This document shows, piece by piece, positions 40,865 through 52,993 of a stretch of 64,000 nt of DNA; within the stretch, counting starts at the first letter, position 1; the number at the start of each line of letters is the position of its first letter. A model generated the notes under the pieces. It made no database searches, had not been told where the DNA came from, and was given only the letters and a program-made list of their open reading frames with translations. Source of the DNA: an uncultured Bacilli bacterium (lineage in GTDB: Bacteria > Bacillota_I > Bacilli_A > RF39 > UBA660). The stretch lies in NCBI GenBank assembly GCA_947627995.1, contig CANQYE010000002.1:8444-72443 (forward strand), written 5' to 3'. The position numbers and the translations under genes are program-made.

Positions 40865-41059
40865 TTATAAGAAAAAAGAAATCACAAATAAAGATAAGAG
40901 TCCTGGAGCACCTAATAAACTTATAATTGTCAAAGTTGGAATATTAATAGGTATAAATACATTCAAAGAATTCATTATCAAATTTATTCCATATAACAAA
41001 ACAAATGCAAAACTAATCTTTTTAATAACATTTATTATAAATTTTAACATTTTGTCCAC
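40865..41059 (-). CDS. bofA: Pro-sigmaK processing inhibitor BofA
   Basis: 64 aa, two TM helices, '...VFIPINIPTLTIISLLGAPGLLSLFVI' matching the BofA C-terminal motif. Position after recR, as in B. subtilis. Confidence 0.55.
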   Translation of the reverse strand: MDKMLKFIINVIKKISFAFVLLYGINLIMNSLNVFIPINIPTLTIISLLGAPGLLSLFVISFFL

Positions 41060-41089
41060 CCAGTTTATAATATGATGTTTAAAATAATT

Positions 41090-41686
41090 TTATGAAATAG
41101 TTTTTCTATCCTCTATAGCCTTATTTAATGTTAAAGAATCTAAATAATCTATTTCTGCTCCCATTGGGATACCATAAGATAGTCTAGAAACTATAACATT
41201 CTTTTTTTCTAATATTTTTTTAATATATAAAGTAGTTGTTTCACCCTCAATGTTTGACTTTAAAGCTAAAATAATCTCACAATTTTCATTTTCATCGATT
41301 CTTTTTAATAGACTATTTATATTAATATCCTCGGGTGTTATATTTTCTATTGGTGATATTAATCCATTTAATACATGATAAGTTCCATTATAATTGCCAT
41401 TTTTTTCAAAATTAAATACACTTTTATAATCCTCTAAAACACATATTAGTGATTTATCCCTATTATCATCTGAACATATATTACATATTTCTTGATCAGT
41501 TAAATGTCCACAAATCTTACATGGCTTTAATACTTTTTTACATTCTGATAAGTTTTTGGATAAATCTTCAATTATTTCATCATCTAATTCTAATAAAGAT
41601 AGAACCATTCTTTCCGCTGTTTTTTCACCAATACTTGGTAGTAGCTTTAAATAATCTATTGTTTTTTGTAATACTAACGGATACAT
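41090..41686 (-). CDS. recR: Recombination protein RecR
   Basis: 198 aa with an HhH N-terminus 'LPSIGEKTAERMV', C4 zinc finger 'CKICGHLTDQEICNIC' and a Toprim domain. Confidence 0.9.
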   Translation of the reverse strand: MYPLVLQKTIDYLKLLPSIGEKTAERMVLSLLELDDEIIEDLSKNLSECKKVLKPCKICGHLTDQEICNICSDDNRDKSLICVLEDYKSVFNFEKNGNYNGTYHVLNGLISPIENITPEDININSLLKRIDENENCEIILALKSNIEGETTTLYIKKILEKKNVIVSRLSYGIPMGAEIDYLDSLTLNKAIEDRKTIS

Positions 41687-41985
41687 TAGAATAATCCATT
41701 AAATGATTGACCATACATGCCTAAAGCTTTTTCTGTCTCTTCGTCTATTTTATTTAGGGCATCTTTTATTGCAATTCCAATCATATCTTCAAGCATAACA
41801 ATATCATCTTTTTCTATATTATTGTTTTTATCAATTGTAATTGATATTAATTCTTTATTACCATTAAATTTAATTTCAACTAATTGCGATTTACCAACGA
41901 ATTCTTTTTTATTTATTTCTTCCTTTTTTTGCATTATATCTTTTTGCATTTTTTGAGCTTGCGCCATTAAATTTTGCATATTCAT
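41686..41985 (-). CDS. ybaB: Nucleoid-associated protein YbaB/EbfC
   Basis: 99 aa 'MNMQNLMAQAQKMQKDIMQ...', YbaB family. Conserved dnaX-ybaB-recR order. Confidence 0.85.
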   Translation of the reverse strand: MNMQNLMAQAQKMQKDIMQKKEEINKKEFVGKSQLVEIKFNGNKELISITIDKNNNIEKDDIVMLEDMIGIAIKDALNKIDEETEKALGMYGQSFNGLF

Positions 41986-42000
41986 ATATTTTCCTCTTTT

Positions 42001-43641
42001 CTATTTTATAACAATTTTTTCATTTTTAAATATATCCAAAACGGTATTTTCAATAGCCGTTTTTTCTTTGTTTATTTTAATTTCTTCTAACATTTTATAT
42101 TCCACTTTTTTCTTTTTGTTATTAATATATTCGTTTTTTATTTTTTTCCATTCTAAATCAGTTACAGCGACAAATTTATAATTTACTTTATTTTTATTAT
42201 TAAAATAAGTTTCTATTTTATCAACGTTTTTATTAAATAAAATACATTGACTCTCATCATCCATTTTTATAATCGCATATTCGTTTGATGCAGCAACAAT
42301 CTCAGTATCAATTAATAACGATATCAAATCTTTCTTGTTTTCATTAATTTCAAATAGAAATTCTGCCCATATTTTTTTTAATTTTTGTAATATTTCTTTT
42401 GAAGCTTTACAAAAACAATTATTAATTCTTATTGAAATTATTTCCCGGGAAATAATTTCTATATCTTTTTTTTCTATACTATCGGTTTTAAAATCATTTT
42501 CTTCATCTAATTCAGTTTTTAGTTCTTCATCAGCTCTTTTTTCAGTGTTTGCTGGCGTTTTATTACTTTCAACATCTACTTTAATTACATCATCTTTTTC
42601 AATATTAGCGCTTTCATCTGTTATTTTTATAAAATCTGCTAATATAATCATAATTATTAAATATGGATTTGAAGTGTTTTTCAAATCATTTAAACCTTTG
42701 ACAAGAGAATCTATTAATGCTTTTAATTTTTCAAACATATTTAAGTCAAATTTTGTAAATTTATAATATATGGCCATATCAACTAGCTTTTTTATCAATT
42801 TTTCGACTGTTAATTTCGCATCAATACCTTTATTTTTTAATGAATCTAGAATTTCATTTATTTGTTTTAAATTATTATTAATCAATGCCTCTGTTAAATT
42901 ATCAATAGTGATATTTGAAACATTTCCAACAATATTATTAATATCATCTAAAGTTATAATATCAGTACCATTATACACCTGATCTAAAATACTAAGTGCA
43001 TCTCTCATTCCACCATCACATATAATTGAAATTTCTTTTAAAGCATCATTCTCAATTTTAATGTTTTCTTTATCACAAATTTGTTTCAAATAATTTTCTA
43101 TAGTCTCAGATTTAATTCTTTTAAAATCAAACCTTTGACACCTAGACAATATAGTTAATGGTACCTTTTGGATATCTGTAGTTGCAAGTATAAATATTAC
43201 ATGTTGTGGAGGCTCTTCTAAAGTTTTTAATAATGCGTTAAAAGCTTCTGTTGAAAGCATATGAACTTCATCGATAATATATATTTTATATTTGGAATTT
43301 GAAGGGGCTAGTTTAACATTATTACGTAATTCTCTTATTTCATCAACACCATTATTAGAAGCCGCATCGATTTCTATTATATCTTGACTTTCATTAAAAG
43401 TTTTACAATGTATACAATTTTCACATGGCATACCATCATTAATGTTTTCACAATTAATAGTTTTAGCAAATACTTTTGCCGTACTTGTTTTCCCGGTACC
43501 GCGTGGTCCAGTAAAAATATAAGCATGAGAAATTTTACCACTTTTTATTGAATTTTTTAAAGTAGTAACCAGATATTCTTGACCAATAATATTATCAAAA
43601 TTGTCTGGCCTATATTTTCTATATAAAACTTTATAATTCAT
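42001..43641 (-). CDS. dnaX: DNA polymerase III subunit gamma/tau
   Basis: 546 aa. AAA+ 'GPRGTGKTSTAKVFAKTINC', zinc module CxxC-CxxC, sensor 'SRCQRF'. Confidence 0.9.
   Translation of the reverse strand: MNYKVLYRKYRPDNFDNIIGQEYLVTTLKNSIKSGKISHAYIFTGPRGTGKTSTAKVFAKTINCENINDGMPCENCIHCKTFNESQDIIEIDAASNNGVDEIRELRNNVKLAPSNSKYKIYIIDEVHMLSTEAFNALLKTLEEPPQHVIFILATTDIQKVPLTILSRCQRFDFKRIKSETIENYLKQICDKENIKIENDALKEISIICDGGMRDALSILDQVYNGTDIITLDDINNIVGNVSNITIDNLTEALINNNLKQINEILDSLKNKGIDAKLTVEKLIKKLVDMAIYYKFTKFDLNMFEKLKALIDSLVKGLNDLKNTSNPYLIIMIILADFIKITDESANIEKDDVIKVDVESNKTPANTEKRADEELKTELDEENDFKTDSIEKKDIEIISREIISIRINNCFCKASKEILQKLKKIWAEFLFEINENKKDLISLLIDTEIVAASNEYAIIKMDDESQCILFNKNVDKIETYFNNKNKVNYKFVAVTDLEWKKIKNEYINNKKKKVEYKMLEEIKINKEKTAIENTVLDIFKNEKIVIK
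42440..42453. promoter_or_regulatory. Noc-binding site (NBS) ATTTCCCGGGAAAT inside dnaX coding sequence
   Basis: Exact 14-bp NBS consensus. The flanks extend the palindrome to 23 bp, identical to the copy at 35467-35489. Encodes 'IISREII' in dnaX. Confidence 0.7.
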
Positions 43642-43682
43642 ATTAAAATCTCCCCATTTAATTATATCATAGTTATAATATT

Positions 43683-44099
43683 TTATCTTATATTTTTAAA
43701 AAAATTTTTCATTAATTTTTTTAATTTTATTTTGATATTATTTGAACACTTTTCTGAATATTTAGTTTTACTATATGTATTACTATCTTCATTTTTTGTT
43801 AACATATAGTAAACATTTCTTATCCTAGATTCATTAATAATTTTTGCACACATTTCGCATGGTTTTAAAGTAACATATAAATCACAATTGTTTAATCTCC
43901 AGTCTTTTAATTTTTTGTTAGCCTTTAATATGCATAATACTTCTGCATGGGATAAAACAAGATTATTTTTTATTCTTTTATTATGAGCTTTTGATATTAT
44001 ACGATCATTTTTAACAATAACTGCTCCAACTGGAACTTCATTTAATCTATAACCTTTTTTTGCTTCTTTATAAGCCATCTCAAAATAATACTCACTCAT
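43683..44099 (-). CDS. tadA: tRNA-specific adenosine deaminase TadA
   Basis: CDA fold 'HAEVLCIL...PCEMCAKII'. Start moved to the Met at 44099 (RBS AGGAA). The longer track ORF would overlap the predicted ffs RNA. Confidence 0.8.
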   Translation of the reverse strand: MSEYYFEMAYKEAKKGYRLNEVPVGAVIVKNDRIISKAHNKRIKNNLVLSHAEVLCILKANKKLKDWRLNNCDLYVTLKPCEMCAKIINESRIRNVYYMLTKNEDSNTYSKTKYSEKCSNNIKIKLKKLMKNFFKNIR

Positions 44100-44119
44100 T
44101 ATTTTAATTCCTTTCAAAT

Positions 44120-44196
44120 AAAAAGTGCACACAAATAGTGATTGTTATGGCTGCTGTATTCCTACTCTGACCAGGTTTCAATATATTTGTTGCACA
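44120..44196 (-). ncRNA. ffs: Probable signal recognition particle RNA (small 4.5S-type ffs), unannotated
   Basis: The minus strand reads GUGCAACAAAUAUAUUGAAACCUGGUCAGAGUAGGAAUACAGCAGCCAUAACAAUCACUAUUUGUGUGCAC. It contains ACCUGGUCAG...GGAA tetraloop...CAGCAGCCA, matching the conserved domain IV (E. coli ACCAGGUCAGGUCCGGAAGGAAGCAGCCA). A 12-bp closing helix and a U-run follow. A sigma-A promoter sits at the correct distance. Confidence 0.55.
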
Positions 44197-44201
44197 ATTA
44201 A

Positions 44202-44229
44202 ATTATAACATACTAAAATTATTTTTCAA
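44202..44229 (-). promoter_or_regulatory. Sigma-A promoter of the ffs-like RNA (TTGAAA-N16-TGTTATAAT)
   Basis: Reverse strand has the -35 TTGAAA (44224-44229) and an extended -10 TGTTATAAT (44202-44210). The predicted TSS coincides with the 5' end of the RNA closing helix. Confidence 0.5.
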
Positions 44230-44234
44230 GTTAA

Positions 44235-44250
44235 TGTTTCACGTGAAACA
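44235..44250. promoter_or_regulatory. parS: parS site (TGTTTCACGTGAAACA), perfect consensus
   Basis: Exact 16-bp palindrome identical to the Firmicute parS consensus. Directly abuts the -35 of the ffs promoter. Confidence 0.75.
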
Positions 44251-44291
44251 TATATGTTTTATTTAAAATAACTGATTTTTAAAATAAATTA

Positions 44292-44321
44292 AAAACAATG
44301 TTTCACGTGAAACATTGTTTT
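44292..44321 (-). terminator. gyrA intrinsic terminator (30-bp perfect palindrome containing parS)
   Basis: Perfect inverted repeat followed on the minus strand by UUAAUUUAUUUU. Confidence 0.5.
44299..44314. promoter_or_regulatory. parS: parS site (TGTTTCACGTGAAACA), perfect consensus, embedded in gyrA terminator
   Basis: Exact 16-bp parS. The extended 30-bp palindrome AAAACAATGTTTCACGTGAAACATTGTTTT spans the gyrA stop codon. Confidence 0.75.
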
Positions 44322-46758
44322 AGTCTTCTTGTTCATTATCAACAATTTCATTTTTATCTACAATACTTATAGTAGATACTTTTTGATTATCTTTTAAATT
44401 GATTAATTTAACACCTTGTGTAACTCTTCCAAGTTGTGAAATTTGATCTAGAGGTGTCCTAATAAGCATTCCAGAATTAGTTATAATCATTACATCTTTG
44501 TTTTCTGTAACTATTTTAAACGAAGCAATATTTCCATTTTTTTCAGTAATACTTAAAGCTTTTATTCCTTTACTGCCTCTTTTTGTTTGACGATATTCGC
44601 TGATTAATGTTTTCTTTCCATATCCTTTTTCTGTAACTATTAAAATGTTTTGATTATCGTTAGCTATTTCAGCTCCTATACAATTATTTCCGTCTAAATT
44701 AATTCCTTTAACACCGCTAGCTGTTCTTCCCATTTCTCTTATTTCGTTTTCATCAAATTTTACCAATCTTCCAGAAGAAGATCCTAATAAAACTAAATCG
44801 TGGCCTGTAGTTTTTCTTACTGCAATTAACTCATCTGTTTCTTTTAATTTAATAGCAATTTTGCCCGTAGATCTGATATTATCAAAATCTTTTATATTAG
44901 TTTTTTTAATTAATCCTTTTTTCGTAACAAAAACTAAATATTTATATAATTCATTTTTGTCTAATCTTATGATTGAATTTACTGACTCATCTTTGGAGAT
45001 TTGTAATAAGTTAATAATAGGTAATCCTTTAGATTGACGGCTAAATTCGGGTATTTCATAGCCTTTTAATCTATATACTTTTCCCTTGTTGGTGAAAAAC
45101 AAAATATAGTCATGTGTTGATAAATTTATTAATTCTTCGACAAAATCTTCTTCATTTGTTGACATTCCCTTTACACCAACTCCGCCTCTGTGTTGTGTTT
45201 TATACGTGTCTGACGTCATTCTTTTTATATAACCTTTATTTGTTAAAGTTATTATAATATTTTCTTCTGGAATTAAAGATTCATCTTCTATAAAATCAAT
45301 AGCTGTCATATCTATTTTTGTTCTTCTTTCATCACCATATTTATTTTTTATTTCAGTTAATTCATCTTTAATAATCTCTAAAACTTTCTTTTCGCTAGCT
45401 AGTATTTCTTTTAAATTTTTAATTAATGCAATTAAATCATCATATTCTTTTTCTATTTTGTTTCTTTCTAAACCAGTTAATCTACGTAATTTTAGTTCTA
45501 GAATTGCATCTGATTGTATCTCTGTTAATCCAAAACGTTTAATTAATTCTTCCTTAGCTATTTGGTCGCTCTCAGCTTCACGAATAAGCTTTATTACTGC
45601 ATCTAAATTATCTAGTGCGATTTTATAGCCTTCTAATATATGTACCCTTTTTTCAGCCTTATCTAAATCAAATTGTGTCCTTCTAATTATTACTTCTTTT
45701 TGATGATCAATATATTTTGATATAATTGACTTTAAACCAAGAGTTTTAGGAAATTTTCCATCTAACATTAAAAAATTAATTCCAAAATTTGTTTGAAAAG
45801 AAGTATGTCTATACAAATTATTTAATACAACTTGAGGATTAGCATCTCTTTTTAATGTGATAGTAATTTTAACTCCATCTTTTAAATCAGTATGATAATC
45901 AGAAATGCCATCAATAATTTTATTGTGTACTAAATCTGCAACTTTATTTTTTAATTCTAAAGTGCTAACACCATATGGTACTTCATCAATAATTATATAA
46001 TTTTTACCATTTTTTTCAATAATTTCAGCTTTACTACGTATAGTTAAAGTTCCTTTACCAGTTTCATAAGCTTTTTTTATTCCTGAATTACCTAAAATTA
46101 TTCCACCTGTAGGAAAATCTGGCCCTTTAATAAATTTCATTAAACCATCTGTGTCAATATCGGGATTATCAATATAAGCAATGCAACCATCAATAACTTC
46201 AGATAAATTATGTGGAGGAATATTTGTCGCCATACCAACCGCAATTCCCATAGTTCCATTAACTAAAATGTTAGGAAATCTTGAAGGTAAAACTTCCGGT
46301 TCTTCAGTTGATTCATCATAATTAGGTTTAAAATCAACAGTGTTTTTATTTATATCTCTTAATAATTCCATAGAAATTTTAGAAAGTTTTGCTTCAGTAT
46401 AACGATATGCTGCTGCACCATAACCTTCAATATTTCCGAAATTTCCATGACCATCAACTAACATATATCTATATTGAAAATCTTGAGCCATACGAACCAT
46501 TGCTTCATAAATTGAAGAATCACCATGTGGATGATATTTACCCATAACATCTCCAACTATTGTAGCGGATTTTCTATGTTGTTTATCAGGAGTTAATCCA
46601 TTTTCTAACATATCATACAAGATTCTACGATGAACTGGTTTTAAACCATCTCTTAAATCTGGTAATGCTCTAGACACAATAACACTCATTGAATAGTCAA
46701 GAAAGGAATTTTCTACTTCTTTTACAATATTATTTTCTTCTAATCTATCTGTATTCAT
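44320..46758 (-). CDS. gyrA: DNA gyrase subunit A
   Basis: 812 aa. '[21 protein letters not shown]', the active-site Tyr region, a C-terminal beta-pinwheel. Adjacent to gyrB near oriC. Confidence 0.9.
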   Translation of the reverse strand: MNTDRLEENNIVKEVENSFLDYSMSVIVSRALPDLRDGLKPVHRRILYDMLENGLTPDKQHRKSATIVGDVMGKYHPHGDSSIYEAMVRMAQDFQYRYMLVDGHGNFGNIEGYGAAAYRYTEAKLSKISMELLRDINKNTVDFKPNYDESTEEPEVLPSRFPNILVNGTMGIAVGMATNIPPHNLSEVIDGCIAYIDNPDIDTDGLMKFIKGPDFPTGGIILGNSGIKKAYETGKGTLTIRSKAEIIEKNGKNYIIIDEVPYGVSTLELKNKVADLVHNKIIDGISDYHTDLKDGVKITITLKRDANPQVVLNNLYRHTSFQTNFGINFLMLDGKFPKTLGLKSIISKYIDHQKEVIIRRTQFDLDKAEKRVHILEGYKIALDNLDAVIKLIREAESDQIAKEELIKRFGLTEIQSDAILELKLRRLTGLERNKIEKEYDDLIALIKNLKEILASEKKVLEIIKDELTEIKNKYGDERRTKIDMTAIDFIEDESLIPEENIIITLTNKGYIKRMTSDTYKTQHRGGVGVKGMSTNEEDFVEELINLSTHDYILFFTNKGKVYRLKGYEIPEFSRQSKGLPIINLLQISKDESVNSIIRLDKNELYKYLVFVTKKGLIKKTNIKDFDNIRSTGKIAIKLKETDELIAVRKTTGHDLVLLGSSSGRLVKFDENEIREMGRTASGVKGINLDGNNCIGAEIANDNQNILIVTEKGYGKKTLISEYRQTKRGSKGIKALSITEKNGNIASFKIVTENKDVMIITNSGMLIRTPLDQISQLGRVTQGVKLINLKDNQKVSTISIVDKNEIVDNEQED

Positions 46759-46770
46759 AATTAAAACCTC

Positions 46771-49784
<3,014 letters not shown>

Positions 49785-49800
49785 GCCTCTTTTACGTCAT

Positions 49801-49841
49801 ATAATAAAAATAATAGGTATGCTAGTACTCCTATACCTATT
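49801..49841 (-). terminator. Intrinsic terminator after comK
   Basis: The minus strand reads AAUAGGUAUAGGAGUACUAGCAUACCUAUU followed by AUUUUUAUUAU. Confidence 0.5.
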
Positions 49842-49880
49842 ATTAATTATATCACAAAAAATTAGTTTTTTAAATAAAAT

Positions 49881-50336
49881 TCATTTATTTTTTCGTTGTC
49901 TTAATACGGATTCTAATCTTGTTGCTCTTAATATTTGATTATCTAAAATACCATAAGAAATATTAAATTTTATTTTTTGATTGTTTTTAAATTCAACGAC
50001 CATTTTTTCATCTTCTTTATAATAATTTATAATATTTTTTAAACTAATCCAATTACATTTTACTAAACGATTTGAATGTGTAGGAAAAAATATTATTTCT
50101 TTTGTTTCTTCTATTATTATTGGAACCTTATGTGTTACTCCTATGAGATTATATGTTCCTTTTTGTCTTCCTTTTAAACTACTACCAAAATATTGGCAAC
50201 TATCTTCCATAATTTTATTAGCAGATTTATTTATTTCAAAAGTATTATTTAATTCATAAACCATGCTATTTTTTTCATCGATTGGAATTATTGCTAATGT
50301 TTCTTCATTTATTTCATAATCAACCAAAAAACCCAT
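49881..50336 (-). CDS. comK: Competence transcription factor ComK homolog
   Basis: 151 aa. 'CQYFGSSLKGRQKGTYNLIGVTHKVPIII...IFFPTHS...CNWISL...ISYGILDNQILRATRLES' aligns with B. subtilis ComK ('CRFFGSSYAGRKAGTYEVTKISHKPPIMV...LFPTLS...CGWISH...ISYNSFENQVYRTAWLRT'). Confidence 0.75.
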   Translation of the reverse strand: MGFLVDYEINEETLAIIPIDEKNSMVYELNNTFEINKSANKIMEDSCQYFGSSLKGRQKGTYNLIGVTHKVPIIIEETKEIIFFPTHSNRLVKCNWISLKNIINYYKEDEKMVVEFKNNQKIKFNISYGILDNQILRATRLESVLRQRKNK

Positions 50337-50348
50337 CCTCCTTTCAAA

Positions 50349-50380
50349 AAAAGTATAGTATTCTTATAACACTATACTTT
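50349..50380 (-). terminator. Hairpin downstream of dnaN (weak U-tract)
   Basis: AAAGTATAGT-N11-ACTATACTTT inverted repeat, immediately before the comK RBS GAAAGGAGG. Confidence 0.35.
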
Positions 50381-50401
50381 TAAAAAAATTGTCGAAAAAA
50401 A

Positions 50402-51523
50402 TTAATAAGTTTTAATTGGTAACAAAAGTTGAATTAAAGTTTCATCTTTAACAGATTTAATAATAATAGGTTTATTATCAGCATTCATCATAATTAAAAT
50501 ATCTTTATCTTTTATTGTTTTAAGTGCTTCTAACATATATTTAGCACTATATGAAATATCCATTGTTTCACTATTATTTTTATTAATATATAAAGTTTCT
50601 TCAACTTTTCCTATTTCTACTGAAAATGAACTTATTTTTAAACTTTTTTCTAATACTTCCATTTTAATTATATTACGATCTTTATTTTGAGTAAGTAATG
50701 CAGCTCTATCAATTGCATTATAAAATTCATCTTTTGTAGTATTAATAATAAAATTAAAATCTTTTGGAATTAAAGTAGAAGTATTTGGATAAGTTCCAGA
50801 CAACAAATTTGTTTGAAATAATATATTTTCATATTTAAATAATATTTTATTATTAAATATATGTAATTCTACTTTTTTATCATTATCACCTAAAATATGT
50901 TCAAATTCTATAATATTTTTACCTGGTATTACTATATTAACTTCCTCATTAATAGATTCTTTTAATGTTAATACTTTTTTCGCTAAACGATAAGAATCAG
51001 TAGCAACACATTCTAATATATTTCCATTTATTTTTATATTTATTCCAGTTAATAATGGTCTAGATTCTTGATTTGAAACAGCAAAGCTAGTTTGATTTAT
51101 TAATTGTTTTATTAACTTACTTTCAAGTATTATAGGCTTTTTACTTTCTTCTAATTTTAAATTTGGGTAATCTTTTACTTCTAAACAATTTAAATCATAA
51201 AAATTATTTTCGGTAAATATTCTAATTTTTATATTATCAATTAATTCTATATTAATTATATCATTAGGCATTTTTCTAATAATATCTAAAATATATTTGC
51301 TTTGTATTACACAATTTCCTTCTTTTTCAATATTTTTAATTTTTTTATTTTCAATTATTGCTTTAATTGTTAATTCAGAATCACTAGCTGTTAAAAATAA
51401 ACCTTCTTTTGTTAATTCAAGTTTTATACCATTTAATATAGGTATGATATTTTTAGTAGATATTGCCTTTAATACATAGTTTAAACTTTCTAATAAAATA
51501 TTTTTTTCAATTGTAAATTTCAT
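50402..51523 (-). CDS. dnaN: DNA polymerase III beta sliding clamp
   Basis: 373 aa, three-domain clamp length, follows dnaA. Confidence 0.85.
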   Translation of the reverse strand: MKFTIEKNILLESLNYVLKAISTKNIIPILNGIKLELTKEGLFLTASDSELTIKAIIENKKIKNIEKEGNCVIQSKYILDIIRKMPNDIINIELIDNIKIRIFTENNFYDLNCLEVKDYPNLKLEESKKPIILESKLIKQLINQTSFAVSNQESRPLLTGINIKINGNILECVATDSYRLAKKVLTLKESINEEVNIVIPGKNIIEFEHILGDNDKKVELHIFNNKILFKYENILFQTNLLSGTYPNTSTLIPKDFNFIINTTKDEFYNAIDRAALLTQNKDRNIIKMEVLEKSLKISSFSVEIGKVEETLYINKNNSETMDISYSAKYMLEALKTIKDKDILIMMNADNKPIIIKSVKDETLIQLLLPIKTY

Positions 51524-51646
51524 ATTATTTCCTTCTTTCTTAATTTATAATAATAACAATGTTAATAGTTGTTAATAACTTTATTTTTTCTAATATTAAC
51601 TTAATAAATTTATTCTTTTTATTAACATTTATTTAACTTTAATTAC
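51524..51646. promoter_or_regulatory. dnaA-dnaN intergenic DnaA-box-like cluster (TGTTAATAG/TGTTAATAA/TTATTAACA)
   Basis: At least four copies of the degenerate 9-mer TTATTAACA or its complement within 120 bp. Analogous to B. subtilis incC. Confidence 0.4.
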
Positions 51647-52993
51647 CTATCCTAAATTGTTTTTAATATTTTGAATATTTTCTTTTAATTGTTTATTATT
51701 TATTAAATCTTGTTTAATTTTTTCATAAGCATATATAACAGTTGAATGATCTCTACCTCCAAACTCTAATCCAATCTTAATTAATGATTCTTCAGTTAAT
51801 AGCCGACATAAATACATAGCTATTTGACGTGGATAATTAATATTATTTGTCCTTTTCTTACTTTTTAAATCATTTATAGTAATATTATAATAATCTGCAA
51901 CACATTTTTGGATTTTGGTAATATTATTTTGTTGATACATATTAGTAGAAGTATAATCTCTTAAAGCTTCATTTGCAAATTCTAAATTTATATTTGAAAT
52001 TCCCATAATAGCAGCATAAGCATATAATCTAGTAATAGCACCCTCTAAGTGGCGAACATCATTTTGACAAGAATTTGCAATAAAATCTATAACATCTTGA
52101 TCAATATTTTTGGCTACTTCGTGTCCTTTTATTTTATTTTTGATAATTTTAGTTTTAAGTTCAACATCTGGAGGTAAGATATCAACACTTAGACCCCAAG
52201 CAAATCTTGTACGTAATCGATCTTCTAATAATTTTAAATCATCAGGGGATCTATCAGAACTTATAATAATTTGTCTATCACTGGAATGTAAAATATTAAA
52301 AGTATTAAAAAATTCTTGTTGAGTTTTTTCTGCACCCGCTAAAAATTGAATATCATCAATAATTAAAACATCTACATTTCTATATTTATTCTTAAAAAAA
52401 TTAACATAATCACTATTATTACCAACAACATTTCTGATACCAATAAAGTCAGTAGTAAATTCATCACTGGTAACATATAAAACATTTTTATTACTATTTT
52501 TATTAATATAATTTCCAATAGCATGCATTAAATGAGTTTTACCAACACCACTTTTACCATATATAAATAATGGATTATATATTTTACCAGGATTTTCTGC
52601 TACAGCTAACGCAGCAGTCTGAGCAAAACGATTAGAAGTTCCTACTAAAAAATTTTCGAAAGTATATTTAGGATTTAAATTAGTATTAAACTTTTTTATA
52701 TCAGTATCATTTTCAATAATATTATTTTGAATATTATCATTTTTTAATACAAATTCTATATCATAATTATTACCTGTTAAATTAACAAGTGTTTCTTCGA
52801 TTAAATCATAATAATTTTTAGCAAGTAAATTTTTTTGTAATACCATCGGAACTTCTATAGTAGCTTTATTATTTTCGAGATTTATAAGTGATGTATCTTT
52901 AAACCAAGTATTAAAAGAAATAGGATTAACTTTGTTATTAATAATATTTAAAAAATTATTCCAAAGATCACTTAAGTTCAAAACCATCACCAC
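51647..52993 (-). CDS. dnaA: Chromosomal replication initiator DnaA
   Basis: 448 aa. AAA+ 'GKSGVGKTHL', Walker B 'DDIQFL', C-terminal HTH DNA-binding domain. Confidence 0.95.
   Translation of the reverse strand: MVMVLNLSDLWNNFLNIINNKVNPISFNTWFKDTSLINLENNKATIEVPMVLQKNLLAKNYYDLIEETLVNLTGNNYDIEFVLKNDNIQNNIIENDTDIKKFNTNLNPKYTFENFLVGTSNRFAQTAALAVAENPGKIYNPLFIYGKSGVGKTHLMHAIGNYINKNSNKNVLYVTSDEFTTDFIGIRNVVGNNSDYVNFFKNKYRNVDVLIIDDIQFLAGAEKTQQEFFNTFNILHSSDRQIIISSDRSPDDLKLLEDRLRTRFAWGLSVDILPPDVELKTKIIKNKIKGHEVAKNIDQDVIDFIANSCQNDVRHLEGAITRLYAYAAIMGISNINLEFANEALRDYTSTNMYQQNNITKIQKCVADYYNITINDLKSKKRTNNINYPRQIAMYLCRLLTEESLIKIGLEFGGRDHSTVIYAYEKIKQDLINNKQLKENIQNIKNNLG

Noticed and set aside
35467-42458. The 23-bp CCCGGG palindromes first looked like a small mobile palindromic element (RPE/MITE-like) inserted into ORFs
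   Set aside because: The core is exactly the Noc-binding consensus ATTTCCCGGGAAAT, and a Noc gene is present in the window. A protein-binding site is the simpler explanation.
44100-44132. N-terminal 11-codon extension of tadA (MCTFYLKGIKI...)
   Set aside because: It has no RBS and would overlap the 3' end of the predicted ffs RNA. The internal Met at 44099 has an AGGAA RBS and marks the conserved TadA start.
44229-44325. The two GTTTCACGTGAAAC palindromes first read as a repeated operator or a pair of terminators
   Set aside because: The sequence is the exact 16-bp parS consensus. One copy does double as the gyrA terminator stem.
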